From Myxococcota bacterium (GTDB taxonomy: Bacteria; Myxococcota_A; UBA796; GCA-2862545), in assembly GCA_039208735.1 (NCBI GenBank), contig JBCCQY010000127.1:1-26434 (forward strand): a stretch of 26,434 nt of DNA, written 5' to 3'. The notes beneath the pieces were generated by a model, which had not been told where the DNA came from, did no database searches, and saw only the letters and a program-made list of their open reading frames with translations. Shown one piece after another: positions 1 through 8,815 of this stretch. Each line of letters starts with the position of its first letter. Positions within the stretch are counted from its first letter, which is position 1. The translations under genes were made by a program, and so were the position numbers.

Positions 1-765
1 ACGCTGGCGCCCCTCGAAGAGGAACCCCTTCCCGAGCTCGAGCAGGAAGTGCTCCATCTTCGAGATGATCGTCGTCTCGAGGTCCGATTCCGAGTAGCGC
101 GGCCGCTCGTCCAGCCCGAGAAACTCGAGCACGTACGGGTCCTTCAGCAGGTCCTCCGGCCCGTTCACGACTTGCCCGTTCTCGGCCAACGCCCTCACGC
201 CCTCCTTGTCCCGCGACAGCGCAAGCCGCTCGTAGAGGCTCGAGTCGAATTGACGCCGCAGCTCCGCGAGTGACCACTGCTGGTTCGTCGCCTCGACCTC
301 GTAGAACGAACGCTTGCTTTCGTCGCCGATGCCGGTCAAGAAGACGTAGTGAGACCAGCTGAGCGTGAACTTGGTCGTCGCCGCGTTGATCGCGGACGCT
401 GATGGAATGGGCGTGATCGGCTCGTCCGTCGACTCCTCAGAAAGTGCAGACACTGTCTGCACAATTGGATCCCGCTCGCGGTAAGCGAGGTAGAACTTCC
501 GCATCAGCGCGAGATTCCGGAACGAGAAGCCTCGTCCGAACTCCGACGTCAGCCCTTCGGCCACGACCTTGAGGACCCTCTTGCCGTACTTGGCGCGATC
601 CTCGCCTTGTTGCTCGTGGTGGACGATGCGACGGCCGATCTCGAAGTTGGTGACCACGAGCAACGCGTTCACCTGACGGGCGGCAGCGCCACGAGCCACC
701 TTCAGGAGCTTCCGGACCTCCGCCAGTAACGCTGACGCCCCCTCGTCATCCTTCGGCTTCGCCAT
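1..765 (-). CDS. DUF1016 / YhcG-like PDDEXK nuclease-domain protein (3' end runs off the window)
   Basis: Not in the ORF track; translated by hand from the ATG at 765: MAKPKDDEGASALLAEVRKLL...NALLVVTNFEIGRRIVHHEQQGEDRAKYG...LSWSHY...LLKDPYVLEFLGL...YSESDLETTIISKMEHFLLELGKGFLFEGRQR. These are hallmark DUF1016 motifs. Confidence 0.93.
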   Translation of the reverse strand, partial: MAKPKDDEGASALLAEVRKLLKVARGAAARQVNALLVVTNFEIGRRIVHHEQQGEDRAKYGKRVLKVVAEGLTSEFGRGFSFRNLALMRKFYLAYRERDPIVQTVSALSEESTDEPITPIPSASAINAATTKFTLSWSHYVFLTGIGDESKRSFYEVEATNQQWSLAELRRQFDSSLYERLALSRDKEGVRALAENGQVVNGPEDLLKDPYVLEFLGLDERPRYSESDLETTIISKMEHFLLELGKGFLFEGRQR

Positions 766-970
766 CGTCTCCCCCTTGTTCTTCTCGAGCGGCTCGCATC
801 TGCTCGTCGATCCAGGCGTCGATGTCGGCTCGGCGGAACCGCCACTGCCCGCCCACCTTGAACCCTGGGAGCTCGCCAGCCTGAACGAGGCTGTACGCGG
901 TCTTCATGCCGACACGCAGCAGCTTGGCGACCTCACGCAAGGTCAGCAGCTCGGGTTCGGACTGGCTCAT
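746..970 (-). CDS. Excisionase-family DNA-binding protein (HTH_17 / Xis / BldC-like)
   Basis: MSQSEPELLTLREVAKLLRVGMKTAYSLVQAGELPGFKVGGQWRFRRADIDAWI matches the HTH_17 pattern. It overlaps the DUF1016 start by 20 bp. Confidence 0.9.
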   Translation of the reverse strand: MSQSEPELLTLREVAKLLRVGMKTAYSLVQAGELPGFKVGGQWRFRRADIDAWIDEQMRAAREEQGGDDGEAEG

Positions 971-1191
971 GACGAATCCGCTCAGGTTCGCCAAACTTTA
1001 CCAGGTTCAGGAATAGTCTGCCTAGTGTCGGTCGTGATTGACAGCTCGGGGTGTTGCGGCCCACGACGCCGGGCGGTCGGGCCCGCCCTTGACCGCGTTG
1101 AGACCCAACCACCGGAGGGTGGTTGCGTTGGCGCGGGTTGGCCACGGTGCACCGCGCGACCCTTGACCGCGCGGAGCGGTTCGCGCAAGTA

Positions 1192-1220
1192 GAGAAGCCC
1201 AGGAACGGCCCAGGCTTCTC
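1192..1220 (-). terminator. Hairpin just downstream of the tmRNA 3' end (terminator or att-associated)
   Basis: Inverted repeat GAGAAGCC (1192-1199) / GGCTTCTC (1213-1220). The U-tract is weak. Confidence 0.45.
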
Positions 1221-1230
1221 GAGGAAGTAA

Positions 1231-1624
1231 GTGGAGGCGGAGGGAGTCGAACCCTCGTCCAGAATCACTCAGTCCAAGCGTCTACGTGCGTAGCTCTGGT
1301 TTGTCTCCCCCGGCCACCCCCAGAGCAAGGTGGCAGTCGGGTTCGGCGACGACGAATTGGGATTGTTTTGTCGTCCCCTAGAGGCGCGTCGCGCTCCTCA
1401 TCAGGACCAGCCAGGTCAAGACACGCCCAGATGGAGCCCCTGGCAGCGATTCATCCGGACGGCTGAGGCCCGTAGGCCTAAAGACGATTAAGCAACCGCC
1501 TGTGCAGCGAAGAAGTTGTTGTTATTGGCAACTAACTTGGTTTGCACGATGTTTTACGAGGTAACGCACGTCCTCGGCACGCAGCTCTTCCCTACCGCGA
1601 CCCTGTCGAAACCAATGCGCCCCC
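1231..1624 (-). ncRNA. ssrA: tmRNA (standard one-piece)
   Basis: 5' end GGGGGCGCATTGGTTTCGACAGGG; 3' end GGACGAGGGTTCGACTCCCTCCGCCTCCAC. The acceptor stem has a G3.U70 pair and A discriminator, there is an internal tag ORF, and the length is ~394 nt. Confidence 0.97.
1488..1529 (-). other. tmRNA tag reading frame: (A)ANNNNFFAAQAVA*
   Basis: GCC AAT AAC AAC AAC TTC TTC GCT GCA CAG GCG GTT GCT TAA, following ...AGTTAGTT upstream of the resume codon. Confidence 0.88.
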
Positions 1625-1634
1625 TGAAGGAAAT

Positions 1635-1666
1635 CAGGTGGCCCTCCGACAGGAGAAGGCCACCTG
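1635..1666 (-). terminator. Hairpin between the upstream ORF and the tmRNA 5' end
   Basis: CAGGTGGCC (1635-1643) / GGCCACCTG (1658-1666), followed on the minus strand by ATTTCCTTC. Confidence 0.45.
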
Positions 1667-1693
1667 GGAAACTTGCGCGCCGCCGGGCTGGCG

Positions 1694-2191
1694 TCAAGGG
1701 TAGCGAGGTGCGAGGCCACCCCGGGTTTGGGCGTCGATCGACTTCACAACCCACACCACGACGAGCTTTTCGAGCCAATCGAAGTTGACCTCCTCGAGCG
1801 GGCTTCGTGCAAGCGTCATGGGTCCCGACGTCGCCAAGACCGACCCGTCCTCTTCGAGCTTCAGAAAGAGGCGCTCGAATTTGTGGGCGGTCTCCTCGAC
1901 CCAAGGTTGGGTGGTTCGTCCGCCCCCGTCGGCGCCGACGTCGAGTGAAAGTTGATGGCTCTGGTGAAGAATCCGCGTGATTTCGCGGAACTGCTCCAGG
2001 ATCTCCTTGCTCTGACGTCCCCACCGCTTGGCCAACTGGCTCTGGCGTTCCTCTTCGCGTGCGTCGCGAAAGGAGTCGTCGTGAAGGTCCATCCTGGACA
2101 GTGCTTCGGTCAGCTTGTTTGCGAGACCTGCGGCCAGCTCCCGGGTGGGGCCCGAGTTGGTTTCCAGCTCCCGAGCGGGTCCGTGTCCCAT
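1694..2191 (-). CDS. Hypothetical protein
   Basis: 165-aa ORF with a GAGGAGGGG RBS before the ATG and protein-like composition. No family recognised. Confidence 0.7.
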   Translation of the reverse strand: MGHGPARELETNSGPTRELAAGLANKLTEALSRMDLHDDSFRDAREEERQSQLAKRWGRQSKEILEQFREITRILHQSHQLSLDVGADGGGRTTQPWVEETAHKFERLFLKLEEDGSVLATSGPMTLARSPLEEVNFDWLEKLVVVWVVKSIDAQTRGGLAPRYP

Positions 2192-2268
2192 AATCCCCTC
2201 CTCGAAGGGCCTTCCAATATCCGGTCCTTGGCCATTGTGGCCGAACCTCGTGAAACGCGGCGAACGCG

Positions 2269-2637
2269 CTACCCCTCGTCTTCGTCGGCCTGGGCGGCGG
2301 CCTGCTTGAGGCGAGCCAGCTCCTCGCGTGCCCGCGCTTCGCGGTCGAGGACGGCCTGACGTTTGGCCTGGGCTTCCGTCTGCCAGGCTTCGGCTTGCTC
2401 TTCGGCCTGTTCACGGTCCTGCTGTTGTTGCTGTTCGCGTTCCTCGAGGTGCGCCTCGGCCGCAGAAAGGGTGTCGTCCGCTGCCTTGGCGATGCGCTGA
2501 GCGGCTCCCTTCACCAGGCTAGCCAAGCCACTTAGCGTGGCCTTGACTGCCTTTTCGCCGGCCTTGGTCGCGGCCTCGGTGGTGGCTTCCGCCGCGGCCT
2601 CCGTGGCCTTCTTCTTCTGCTCTTCGAACCAGCCCAT
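2269..2637 (-). CDS. Hypothetical Ala/Glu/Gln-rich coiled-coil protein
   Basis: GGAGGT RBS before ATG 2637 (MGWFEEQKKKATEAAAE...); helical low-complexity sequence. Confidence 0.75.
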   Translation of the reverse strand: MGWFEEQKKKATEAAAEATTEAATKAGEKAVKATLSGLASLVKGAAQRIAKAADDTLSAAEAHLEEREQQQQQDREQAEEQAEAWQTEAQAKRQAVLDREARAREELARLKQAAAQADEDEG

Positions 2638-2653
2638 CGGTGACCTCCACCGA

Positions 2654-3499
2654 TCAGCGTGCCCTATCGTTGATGCGAATGCCAATGAAGGATCCGTTGT
2701 GACGGAGGGTGCCGGGCAGCAGATAGCCGACCGGCACGTTCAACGCGCGGGGCTGGCCATCGTTGATGACCAAGGTGGTGGAGCCGCCGCCATCGAGATT
2801 GATGGCGTCCGTCACGCCAAATGTGAGGAGCCAATCCGCGAGTTCAGGTGTGGTCAGCCCGTTGGCGACATCGGGTTGTCGACCATCTGCAACCGCCAAC
2901 ACCACAACGCCGTTGGCCTTCTTCCCGATCGCGGTTCGAGGGTGTCGCTCCTTCCAGGTTCCGACATTCTTGCCCTCGGCGAGGATGACCTCCATGGCAC
3001 CCACGGCGTCATCGATCGGAAAGGGGACCTTCGAATCACCGTCGATCACCGCCGCTCGCCCGTCTGCGGCCAAGGCGAACGCCACGTTGAATCGAGATTC
3101 GAAGTTCGACACCACCACCCCATCCGACACGGCGAGGCCTAGCAGATCGGCCGGTTCGTCCGATGCGGCGGGCCAGGGCGAAAAGAAGTGGGCATTGACC
3201 GCGACGACCGCACCGGATGTCTCGAGGAACTCAAGACCGGTCTGCCGATCCGTTTCGAGAGGGGTCTTCCCATTGTCCGGGGTCACCGTAAAGCCGATCC
3301 CGTCGACCTGTGGGTCCACGAGGACCACCCAGCGCGATTGCGGATCATCACCGGATTGGCGCTGACTCACGATTCGGATGCCCGGAAAGGGGTCGAGGAC
3401 GATCTGCTCGCCCCCGAACGAGGGCAGGGGACCCAGACGGTCCTCGGGCTCGTCGGGTTCGGGCGTCCCACAGGCTCCGGCGAGCAGCATTGCGATCAT
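2654..3499 (-). CDS. Phosphodiester glycosidase family (NAGPA / DUF2233) putative lipoprotein
   Basis: Motifs AVNAHFF, HPRTAIG, VADGRQ, DAINLDGGGSTTL; lipobox-like LAGAC. The start overlaps the HAD stop codon (ATGA). Confidence 0.88.
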   Translation of the reverse strand: MIAMLLAGACGTPEPDEPEDRLGPLPSFGGEQIVLDPFPGIRIVSQRQSGDDPQSRWVVLVDPQVDGIGFTVTPDNGKTPLETDRQTGLEFLETSGAVVAVNAHFFSPWPAASDEPADLLGLAVSDGVVVSNFESRFNVAFALAADGRAAVIDGDSKVPFPIDDAVGAMEVILAEGKNVGTWKERHPRTAIGKKANGVVVLAVADGRQPDVANGLTTPELADWLLTFGVTDAINLDGGGSTTLVINDGQPRALNVPVGYLLPGTLRHNGSFIGIRINDRAR

Positions 3500-4332
3500 G
3501 GGGTGATGCCCCAAATGCGTTCCGCGACTTCGGCCACTGCGCCTCCCGCGTGACGCTCGCTCCGAAGGGTCTCCTTGGCGGCATCGATGACCCGAGGGTC
3601 GCTGTGGGCCATGGCGAACGAGTGTCCGGCCCGCATGAGCATGGGCAGGTCGTTGAGCCAGTCGCCCACCGCAATGGTGCGCTCGGTGGTGGTGCCACGT
3701 TCGTGGGCCATCTTGGCGAGGGCGGTACCCTTGTCATCGCCTTGGTGGCGGAACTTTAGGAAGGTGTCGCCCAAGTCGGTGCGGAACACCACGCTTTGCA
3801 GACCCCCGGCTGATGCATCGAGCAGGCGCGCTTGGGCCTGGCGAATGGCATCGTCCTTGCCGAGTACTCCGATTGCAACGATGTCGTCGGCGTTCGACCA
3901 CTCGTCTGCATCGAACACATCGCGATGTGTCGACAAGTCGGGCGTCCAGATCGACAGCCAATCACGCAGGTGAGCGTCCCGTTCACGAAAGTGAATGCGT
4001 CGCGACCCGAACAGAACCGGCGACGCCAGATCGAGATCTTCGAAAATCTCCTGGGCTAACGCGCGTTCCGCCGGCTTTACGTAGCGCCCGTGGTGGGTGG
4101 CTGCGGTGTGAGCATCGAGGATCTCGTTGCCGTTCATGACCGCCACCCCGCCGGTCACTCCGAGTTCCTGGGCGACCCATTGGGTCCCTGTGAACAGGCG
4201 CCCGGTCGCGATCGTCACGTGAACCCCGTGCTCGGTCAGCGCGCGTGCCGCGGCGATGTCGACGGGACGAAGTTCACCAGCCCCATTCAGGGTCGTTCCG
4301 TCGAGGTCGAGCACCAGCATGTCGTAGTCCAC
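3496..4332 (-). CDS. Cof-type HAD-IIB hydrolase
   Basis: LVLDLDGTTL, IATGR, DKGTAL and AVGDWLNDLPML motifs; GGAGGT RBS before GTG 4332 (ATG 4320 is an alternative start). Confidence 0.92.
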   Translation of the reverse strand: MDYDMLVLDLDGTTLNGAGELRPVDIAAARALTEHGVHVTIATGRLFTGTQWVAQELGVTGGVAVMNGNEILDAHTAATHHGRYVKPAERALAQEIFEDLDLASPVLFGSRRIHFRERDAHLRDWLSIWTPDLSTHRDVFDADEWSNADDIVAIGVLGKDDAIRQAQARLLDASAGGLQSVVFRTDLGDTFLKFRHQGDDKGTALAKMAHERGTTTERTIAVGDWLNDLPMLMRAGHSFAMAHSDPRVIDAAKETLRSERHAGGAVAEVAERIWGITP

Positions 4333-4461
4333 GTCACCTCCAACCGTGGCGTATCGAGGTCCGGCCAAGCGCACCGGGACAGAACCGAGGCAATTGCGAC
4401 TCATTTCGAACGCCGAGTGGCCGATGGCGGTCTCGTGCCCGGCTGGAACAGCGGAGTGTCG

Positions 4462-5247
4462 ATGCCCCCCGTGTTGAATCAGATTTCCGTCGACACGGCG
4501 AACGCCTATGTCTCAAAGACGACGCACAACATCGAGCGGCAGCTGAACCACACGAGGCGGCCTCGCCCCCGTGCGCTGTTCCCGGCGTACTACAAGCGCG
4601 CGGTGTGTGGTCGGGCCTGCGGACGTTCGCAGAAAGACACGCGAGACGACCTTCGGGCGGCGGCCCATTGGGGTCTGCTGTTGTTTGAGACCTGCGGTGA
4701 ACCGCGAGAACGGCCGCGTGATGTGTGGGAGATGCGACAGGTGGCCGGTCTGCTCGCCGCTTACGGTGATGCAGAACAGCACGTTCGCCTTGACGGCTTG
4801 CCCAGCTCGCGGTGGTACCACCCGCCCAAGCCCGAACTCGAGGCGGGCGCGTTGGCGTATCGCCTCTTCAATCGGTTTCTCGTGACCCGCAAGGTGGCCG
4901 ACGAAGACCTCCGTGCGCTCGACGAACAGCTGGCGCAATCTGGTCTTCATCCGGTGCATACCCAAGCCATCGCGCCCATTGCCCATTGTTTAGTGGCAAT
5001 CCAGCAAGACAATCCGCACGACTTTGAACGGTCCTGGGGCATGCTGACCAATGCCTTTGCCACAGTGGCGCAACATGGTGAGTTTCGGAGTCGCATCGAA
5101 GGGTTGTTGGACCCCATGGCCTTGGGCCTGCTGGCGTTGGGGCACCGCCACGGATTTACGATGACGGTGACGTCGCCCTACGCGCCTGCCGATCTGCTCG
5201 GCCCACCCACCGTGGACTCCGCAGCCGAGCCCGCTGGCGTTGCCTAA
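4462..5247 (+). CDS. Immunity protein 49 (Imm49)-like
   Basis: All-helical protein whose C-terminus, EGLLDPMALGLLALGHRHGFTMTVTSPYAPADLL, resembles the Imm49 signature. Confidence 0.65.
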   Translation: MPPVLNQISVDTANAYVSKTTHNIERQLNHTRRPRPRALFPAYYKRAVCGRACGRSQKDTRDDLRAAAHWGLLLFETCGEPRERPRDVWEMRQVAGLLAAYGDAEQHVRLDGLPSSRWYHPPKPELEAGALAYRLFNRFLVTRKVADEDLRALDEQLAQSGLHPVHTQAIAPIAHCLVAIQQDNPHDFERSWGMLTNAFATVAQHGEFRSRIEGLLDPMALGLLALGHRHGFTMTVTSPYAPADLLGPPTVDSAAEPAGVA

Positions 5248-5342
5248 GCCTGGCCAGTATCGGCAAGGTTTCGGCCGGCTAAAGGCGACGCCGCGTTGTG
5301 CGATCAGGGGGGCCGAGCGAGGTTTAGGACTGTGGGGGTGGA

Positions 5343-6455
5343 ATGCAGTTGGTGAGCAAGACCGCGTTGGCTGCTTGCTCCAGTGGCATTGCGCTCGCTA
5401 CGGTATGCGGCCTGTTGTGGCTGGTACCACGATGGACCCAGCATGTGCTCGATGAGTTGCCGGGGAAGCAAGCCGAGCTGGTCGCGGTGGAGCAGGCGTA
5501 CCACGCCGGACGGCTTGAAGGCGTCCTCCTTCAGCAGCCCTCGGCTCGGGTTTCCGACGACCAACTTCGGGCGGGCCATCACTTCGATCAGGCGCTGATG
5601 CATGCCGCGCATGCGTGGCCGGATGCGGAACGCGAACACACGGTAAGTCTACTCACGGCATCGATGCGGCAGATCGCCCAGATGGAGCCTGGCCATCTAG
5701 CACTGACGACCCTGGCTGCGGAGCGCGACCATCAACTCGAGATCTGGTGGCGCACTTCGCAGGTCGGCGTCGTCGACCGCGCGATGATGGGATTGCGACC
5801 GTTGCTTCGCGTCGCCGACTTCGGCGTGGTTGGCGGGCTCATGGGACTGTTGATGTCGCTTTGGATCTCGGCCCTGCTCATGCGGCACCTGCAGGAGGCC
5901 CCCGTGGTGATTCGGGTGGCGCCGGAGCGTTCACGACCCACGCCCGAACCGCCCCCTGGTCCCTTGCACCGTGCACAGGTCCGCCCTCCCGATCCGCGGG
6001 AGCCCGACCTCGACGCGCTAGCCATTGTCGATCTCGAACCGTTGCTGTCGGAGGTGGTCGAGGCGTTGCAACCCGTGGCCGCTCATCATGGACATGAGCT
6101 GGTGCTCGATGTGGGCGACGATCTCGAGTCGTTCGTCGTGGATCCCGAGCGATTGCGTTCGGTGCTCGACGAATTGGTCGAAGGACCCCTGCGCACATCG
6201 CATCCGGGGCGCGTGTTGTTGCGGGCACGTCGCGAGGGGCGAGGCGTCATCCTGTCGTTGGTCGTCCGGGTGCGAGTCGAGGGATTTGTGGTCGAAGGAC
6301 GCCGACGAGGCACGGTGCTCGTCCATGACGGGGTCGAAGCCCTCGGAGGCCGCCTATGGTGGTCGGCCGAACCGGGGGATGGCGTGAAAGCGGCCTTGTG
6401 GGTTCCCGATCGCAGGGTCGTGGACGGTCGTGTGGTGGGCTCGGCCATCGTGTAG
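5343..6455 (+). CDS. Membrane protein with a degenerate histidine-kinase-like ATPase domain
   Basis: Two hydrophobic segments and a Pro-rich linker, then VDLEPLLSEVV...VDPERLRSVLDELVEG...EALGGRLWWSAEPGDG (HATPase_c-like scaffold lacking the catalytic boxes). Confidence 0.65.
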   Translation: MQLVSKTALAACSSGIALATVCGLLWLVPRWTQHVLDELPGKQAELVAVEQAYHAGRLEGVLLQQPSARVSDDQLRAGHHFDQALMHAAHAWPDAEREHTVSLLTASMRQIAQMEPGHLALTTLAAERDHQLEIWWRTSQVGVVDRAMMGLRPLLRVADFGVVGGLMGLLMSLWISALLMRHLQEAPVVIRVAPERSRPTPEPPPGPLHRAQVRPPDPREPDLDALAIVDLEPLLSEVVEALQPVAAHHGHELVLDVGDDLESFVVDPERLRSVLDELVEGPLRTSHPGRVLLRARREGRGVILSLVVRVRVEGFVVEGRRRGTVLVHDGVEALGGRLWWSAEPGDGVKAALWVPDRRVVDGRVVGSAIV

Positions 6456-6568
6456 GGCATTTCATGCTTGGCGGTGGAGCAAATCACCCACTTGGCGGAC
6501 TCCTTCAAGGGACAACCTGGATCATTTCTTGGCGCAGCGGTTGCATCTGGAAGACCCAGGAGGGCTCC

Positions 6569-7375
6569 GTGAACCTGCGCGACATCATGCACCCTGATCC
6601 CGAGCGAGTTCGGGGCGAATATCCCCTGGCGAACGCCGCCGCCCGCATGGTCAAATTGGGCATTCGCCACCTTCCGGTGGTCGATGACGACGGGAAGCTG
6701 ACGGGTCTCTTGACGGATGCCGACGTCTTTCGTCGAGGTTCGTTTTTGGACGCTCGACTCGTCGATCCACGGGGGTGGGTCGCCCACGATGCGGCCCATG
6801 ACGACCTCCGTTGTCATGCGGTCATGCAGCCCGTTGAGGTCACCTTGAACCCGGAACTCGCGGCGTCCATTGCGTTGGCCGAACTTCATCGCTCGGACCA
6901 GGATGCGTTGGTGGTCGTCGACAGTCGCTTTCGTCCCGTGGGCATCGTGACGGAGCACGACGTGCTGGCCCTGGCGCTGGATGAACTCGACTCGGACGTC
7001 CTCACCCAGGCGATTGCCTCGTCACCGGTCGACGCCATCGAGGTCGATGCGCCCGCCAATGAAGCCCACACCCGGCTCATGGCACAGCCATTTCGCCACT
7101 TGATCGTCACGGCTGGGGGAAGTCTCCACGGCGTGCTCTCGATTCGCGACCTGGTGGCGCAGGATGTTCCCCGTCGCGGCAACGAGCCCCTCAACGCTCT
7201 GTTGTCCTTCACGAAGGTGCAGTCCGCGAGGCCCGAGACCCCCCTCGTCGAGGTCGTCCGAACCATGAAAGCCCAGAAGATTGGGTGCATGCCGTTGGTC
7301 GATGATCGAGATGAGCCCGTTGGCATCGTGACACGTCGCGATGTCATCGCCTGGGTGATTGGACACAACGTCTGA
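6569..7375 (+). CDS. CBS-domain protein (four CBS repeats)
   Basis: IRHLPVVDDDGKLTGLLT, PVGIVTEHD, FRHLIV...GVLSIRD, IGCMPLVD...GIVTRRD; AGGAGG RBS before GTG 6569. Confidence 0.92.
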   Translation: MNLRDIMHPDPERVRGEYPLANAAARMVKLGIRHLPVVDDDGKLTGLLTDADVFRRGSFLDARLVDPRGWVAHDAAHDDLRCHAVMQPVEVTLNPELAASIALAELHRSDQDALVVVDSRFRPVGIVTEHDVLALALDELDSDVLTQAIASSPVDAIEVDAPANEAHTRLMAQPFRHLIVTAGGSLHGVLSIRDLVAQDVPRRGNEPLNALLSFTKVQSARPETPLVEVVRTMKAQKIGCMPLVDDRDEPVGIVTRRDVIAWVIGHNV

Positions 7376-7379
7376 GGCG

Positions 7380-8105
7380 CTATCGAGGCCAGCGAGGGAC
7401 GGCGGCGCCGTCTGGGGCTTGTACGAGGAAGTGGGAACCCGTGTAGTGTTCGGGCATGGCCTTGGCACGTGGGCCGGCCTCAGTGAACGTGCGACGCAGG
7501 CTCTTCACCGCCCAGGCCTGAGTGATGGCGGGCGGCAACAGCCCGCCGAGCACTGTGCGAACGGTAAAGAGCATGAGCGTGCCATCGCCTGTGTCGACCA
7601 ACGTCCAGGCTCCACGGTTCTCCTTGAGCCACACGGCTCGATCGGCTTCCGTCGCAAGCGCCTTGTCGGCCAGGGCCCACTGCCGTTGCCACACCCGGCC
7701 CCCCGTGGCGTGGTACAGCGCTTTGTTCGCAACAATGTCGGCGACCCACTGTCGGTCGGAGATGGGAAACGGCAGGTCCAGCGTAAGATGGACACGTCGA
7801 ACGTTGGGAGGGCCCTCGAGAATGCGAAGGGTGGTTCGCCCCGGCGGGTCGTGCTCCCCGTCGTTGATGGCCAGCCACACGCGGTCGATGGGCACATCCA
7901 GCCAGGCTGCGCCGGTTGCGTAAGCGCCCTTGTCGGTATCGAACCGCGATGCCACCATCTCTCCGGCCATCAACGCGTTCAGGTCGTCCGATGACAACGG
8001 GACGGGGACGTTGGTGTGTTGGCGAATCGCGGATTCGACACTGGCCCACTGTTTGGGAAGGTCGGGATTCGCCCCAAAGGCCAATGCGACGAGCGAAAGC
8101 AACAT
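7380..8105 (-). CDS. Secreted START/SRPBCC-like lipid-binding protein
   Basis: Signal peptide; LDLPFPISDRQWV, NRGAWTL and LGGLLP motifs typical of START-like folds. Confidence 0.7.
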   Translation of the reverse strand: MLLSLVALAFGANPDLPKQWASVESAIRQHTNVPVPLSSDDLNALMAGEMVASRFDTDKGAYATGAAWLDVPIDRVWLAINDGEHDPPGRTTLRILEGPPNVRRVHLTLDLPFPISDRQWVADIVANKALYHATGGRVWQRQWALADKALATEADRAVWLKENRGAWTLVDTGDGTLMLFTVRTVLGGLLPPAITQAWAVKSLRRTFTEAGPRAKAMPEHYTGSHFLVQAPDGAAVPRWPR

Positions 8106-8174
8106 GAATAGGCGTCACCCATTCTCGTCCGTTCGTCCATTGACCCTGGGCATCTGGGGACTACATCCGGCGCC

Positions 8175-8813
8175 ATGAGCCCCTACCTCATCACGCTGCT
8201 CTTGGACCAGCTGTCCATCGTCCTCTTTGCGGTGGGAGGAGGGGTGGCGGCCGTCGCACTGGCCCGGCGAGGCCAGCGACTCGCCAGCGGATTGCTCGGG
8301 CTCAGTGCACTGGCCACGGTGGGAGGGCTCGGTCCCGTGGTGGTGCAGTTGCTCTCGGGCGATGGGCTGTCGTCGGACTTGCCGGGACTGGCCATGGTCG
8401 AGGTGCTGCCCTGGTGGACGCTCGCGGCCCTCGTGATGTTGCGACCTGCTCCGGGACCCCGCGACCTGCCCATCGACGCCATGTCGTTGGGGGCCCTCGC
8501 GTTGGCCTTGGCGGGGGTGCCTGGGTTTTGCCTAGGCCTCGCCCTCCTCGTGCAGGGATGGCTGCGGCCCGGGCTGAACCAGCGACGCGTCGGGTTGGCG
8601 ATCGTCCAACTGATCGTCGCGTTGGCGGTGGATCACCAAGAACTGCAGGCTCGTGACGTCTTCGGTCGCGCGTTTGGTCTGTCGGCCGATGCGCAGGTTT
8701 GGGGGGTGGACGGCCTGACTGGCGTAGGTCTCGCTTCGGGATGGTTGACCCTTACGAGGGTCCTCGTTTCCACAAAAGAAACCCGCCGCCGCCCAAGGGC
8801 GACGACGGGTTGA
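8175..8813 (+). CDS. Hypothetical multi-pass membrane protein
   Basis: Several hydrophobic Leu/Ala/Gly-rich segments; the ORF fills the gap between its neighbours. Confidence 0.65.
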   Translation: MSPYLITLLLDQLSIVLFAVGGGVAAVALARRGQRLASGLLGLSALATVGGLGPVVVQLLSGDGLSSDLPGLAMVEVLPWWTLAALVMLRPAPGPRDLPIDAMSLGALALALAGVPGFCLGLALLVQGWLRPGLNQRRVGLAIVQLIVALAVDHQELQARDVFGRAFGLSADAQVWGVDGLTGVGLASGWLTLTRVLVSTKETRRRPRATTG

Positions 8814-8815
8814 GG

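Larger units (their letters stand above)
1..1230. mobile_element. End of a putative genomic island integrated at the tmRNA 3' end
   Basis: Xis-like and DUF1016 genes lie immediately downstream of ssrA, a known integration hotspot. A 12-bp direct repeat CCCTTGACCGCG occurs at 1086-1097 and 1160-1171. No integrase is visible in the window. Confidence 0.7.
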
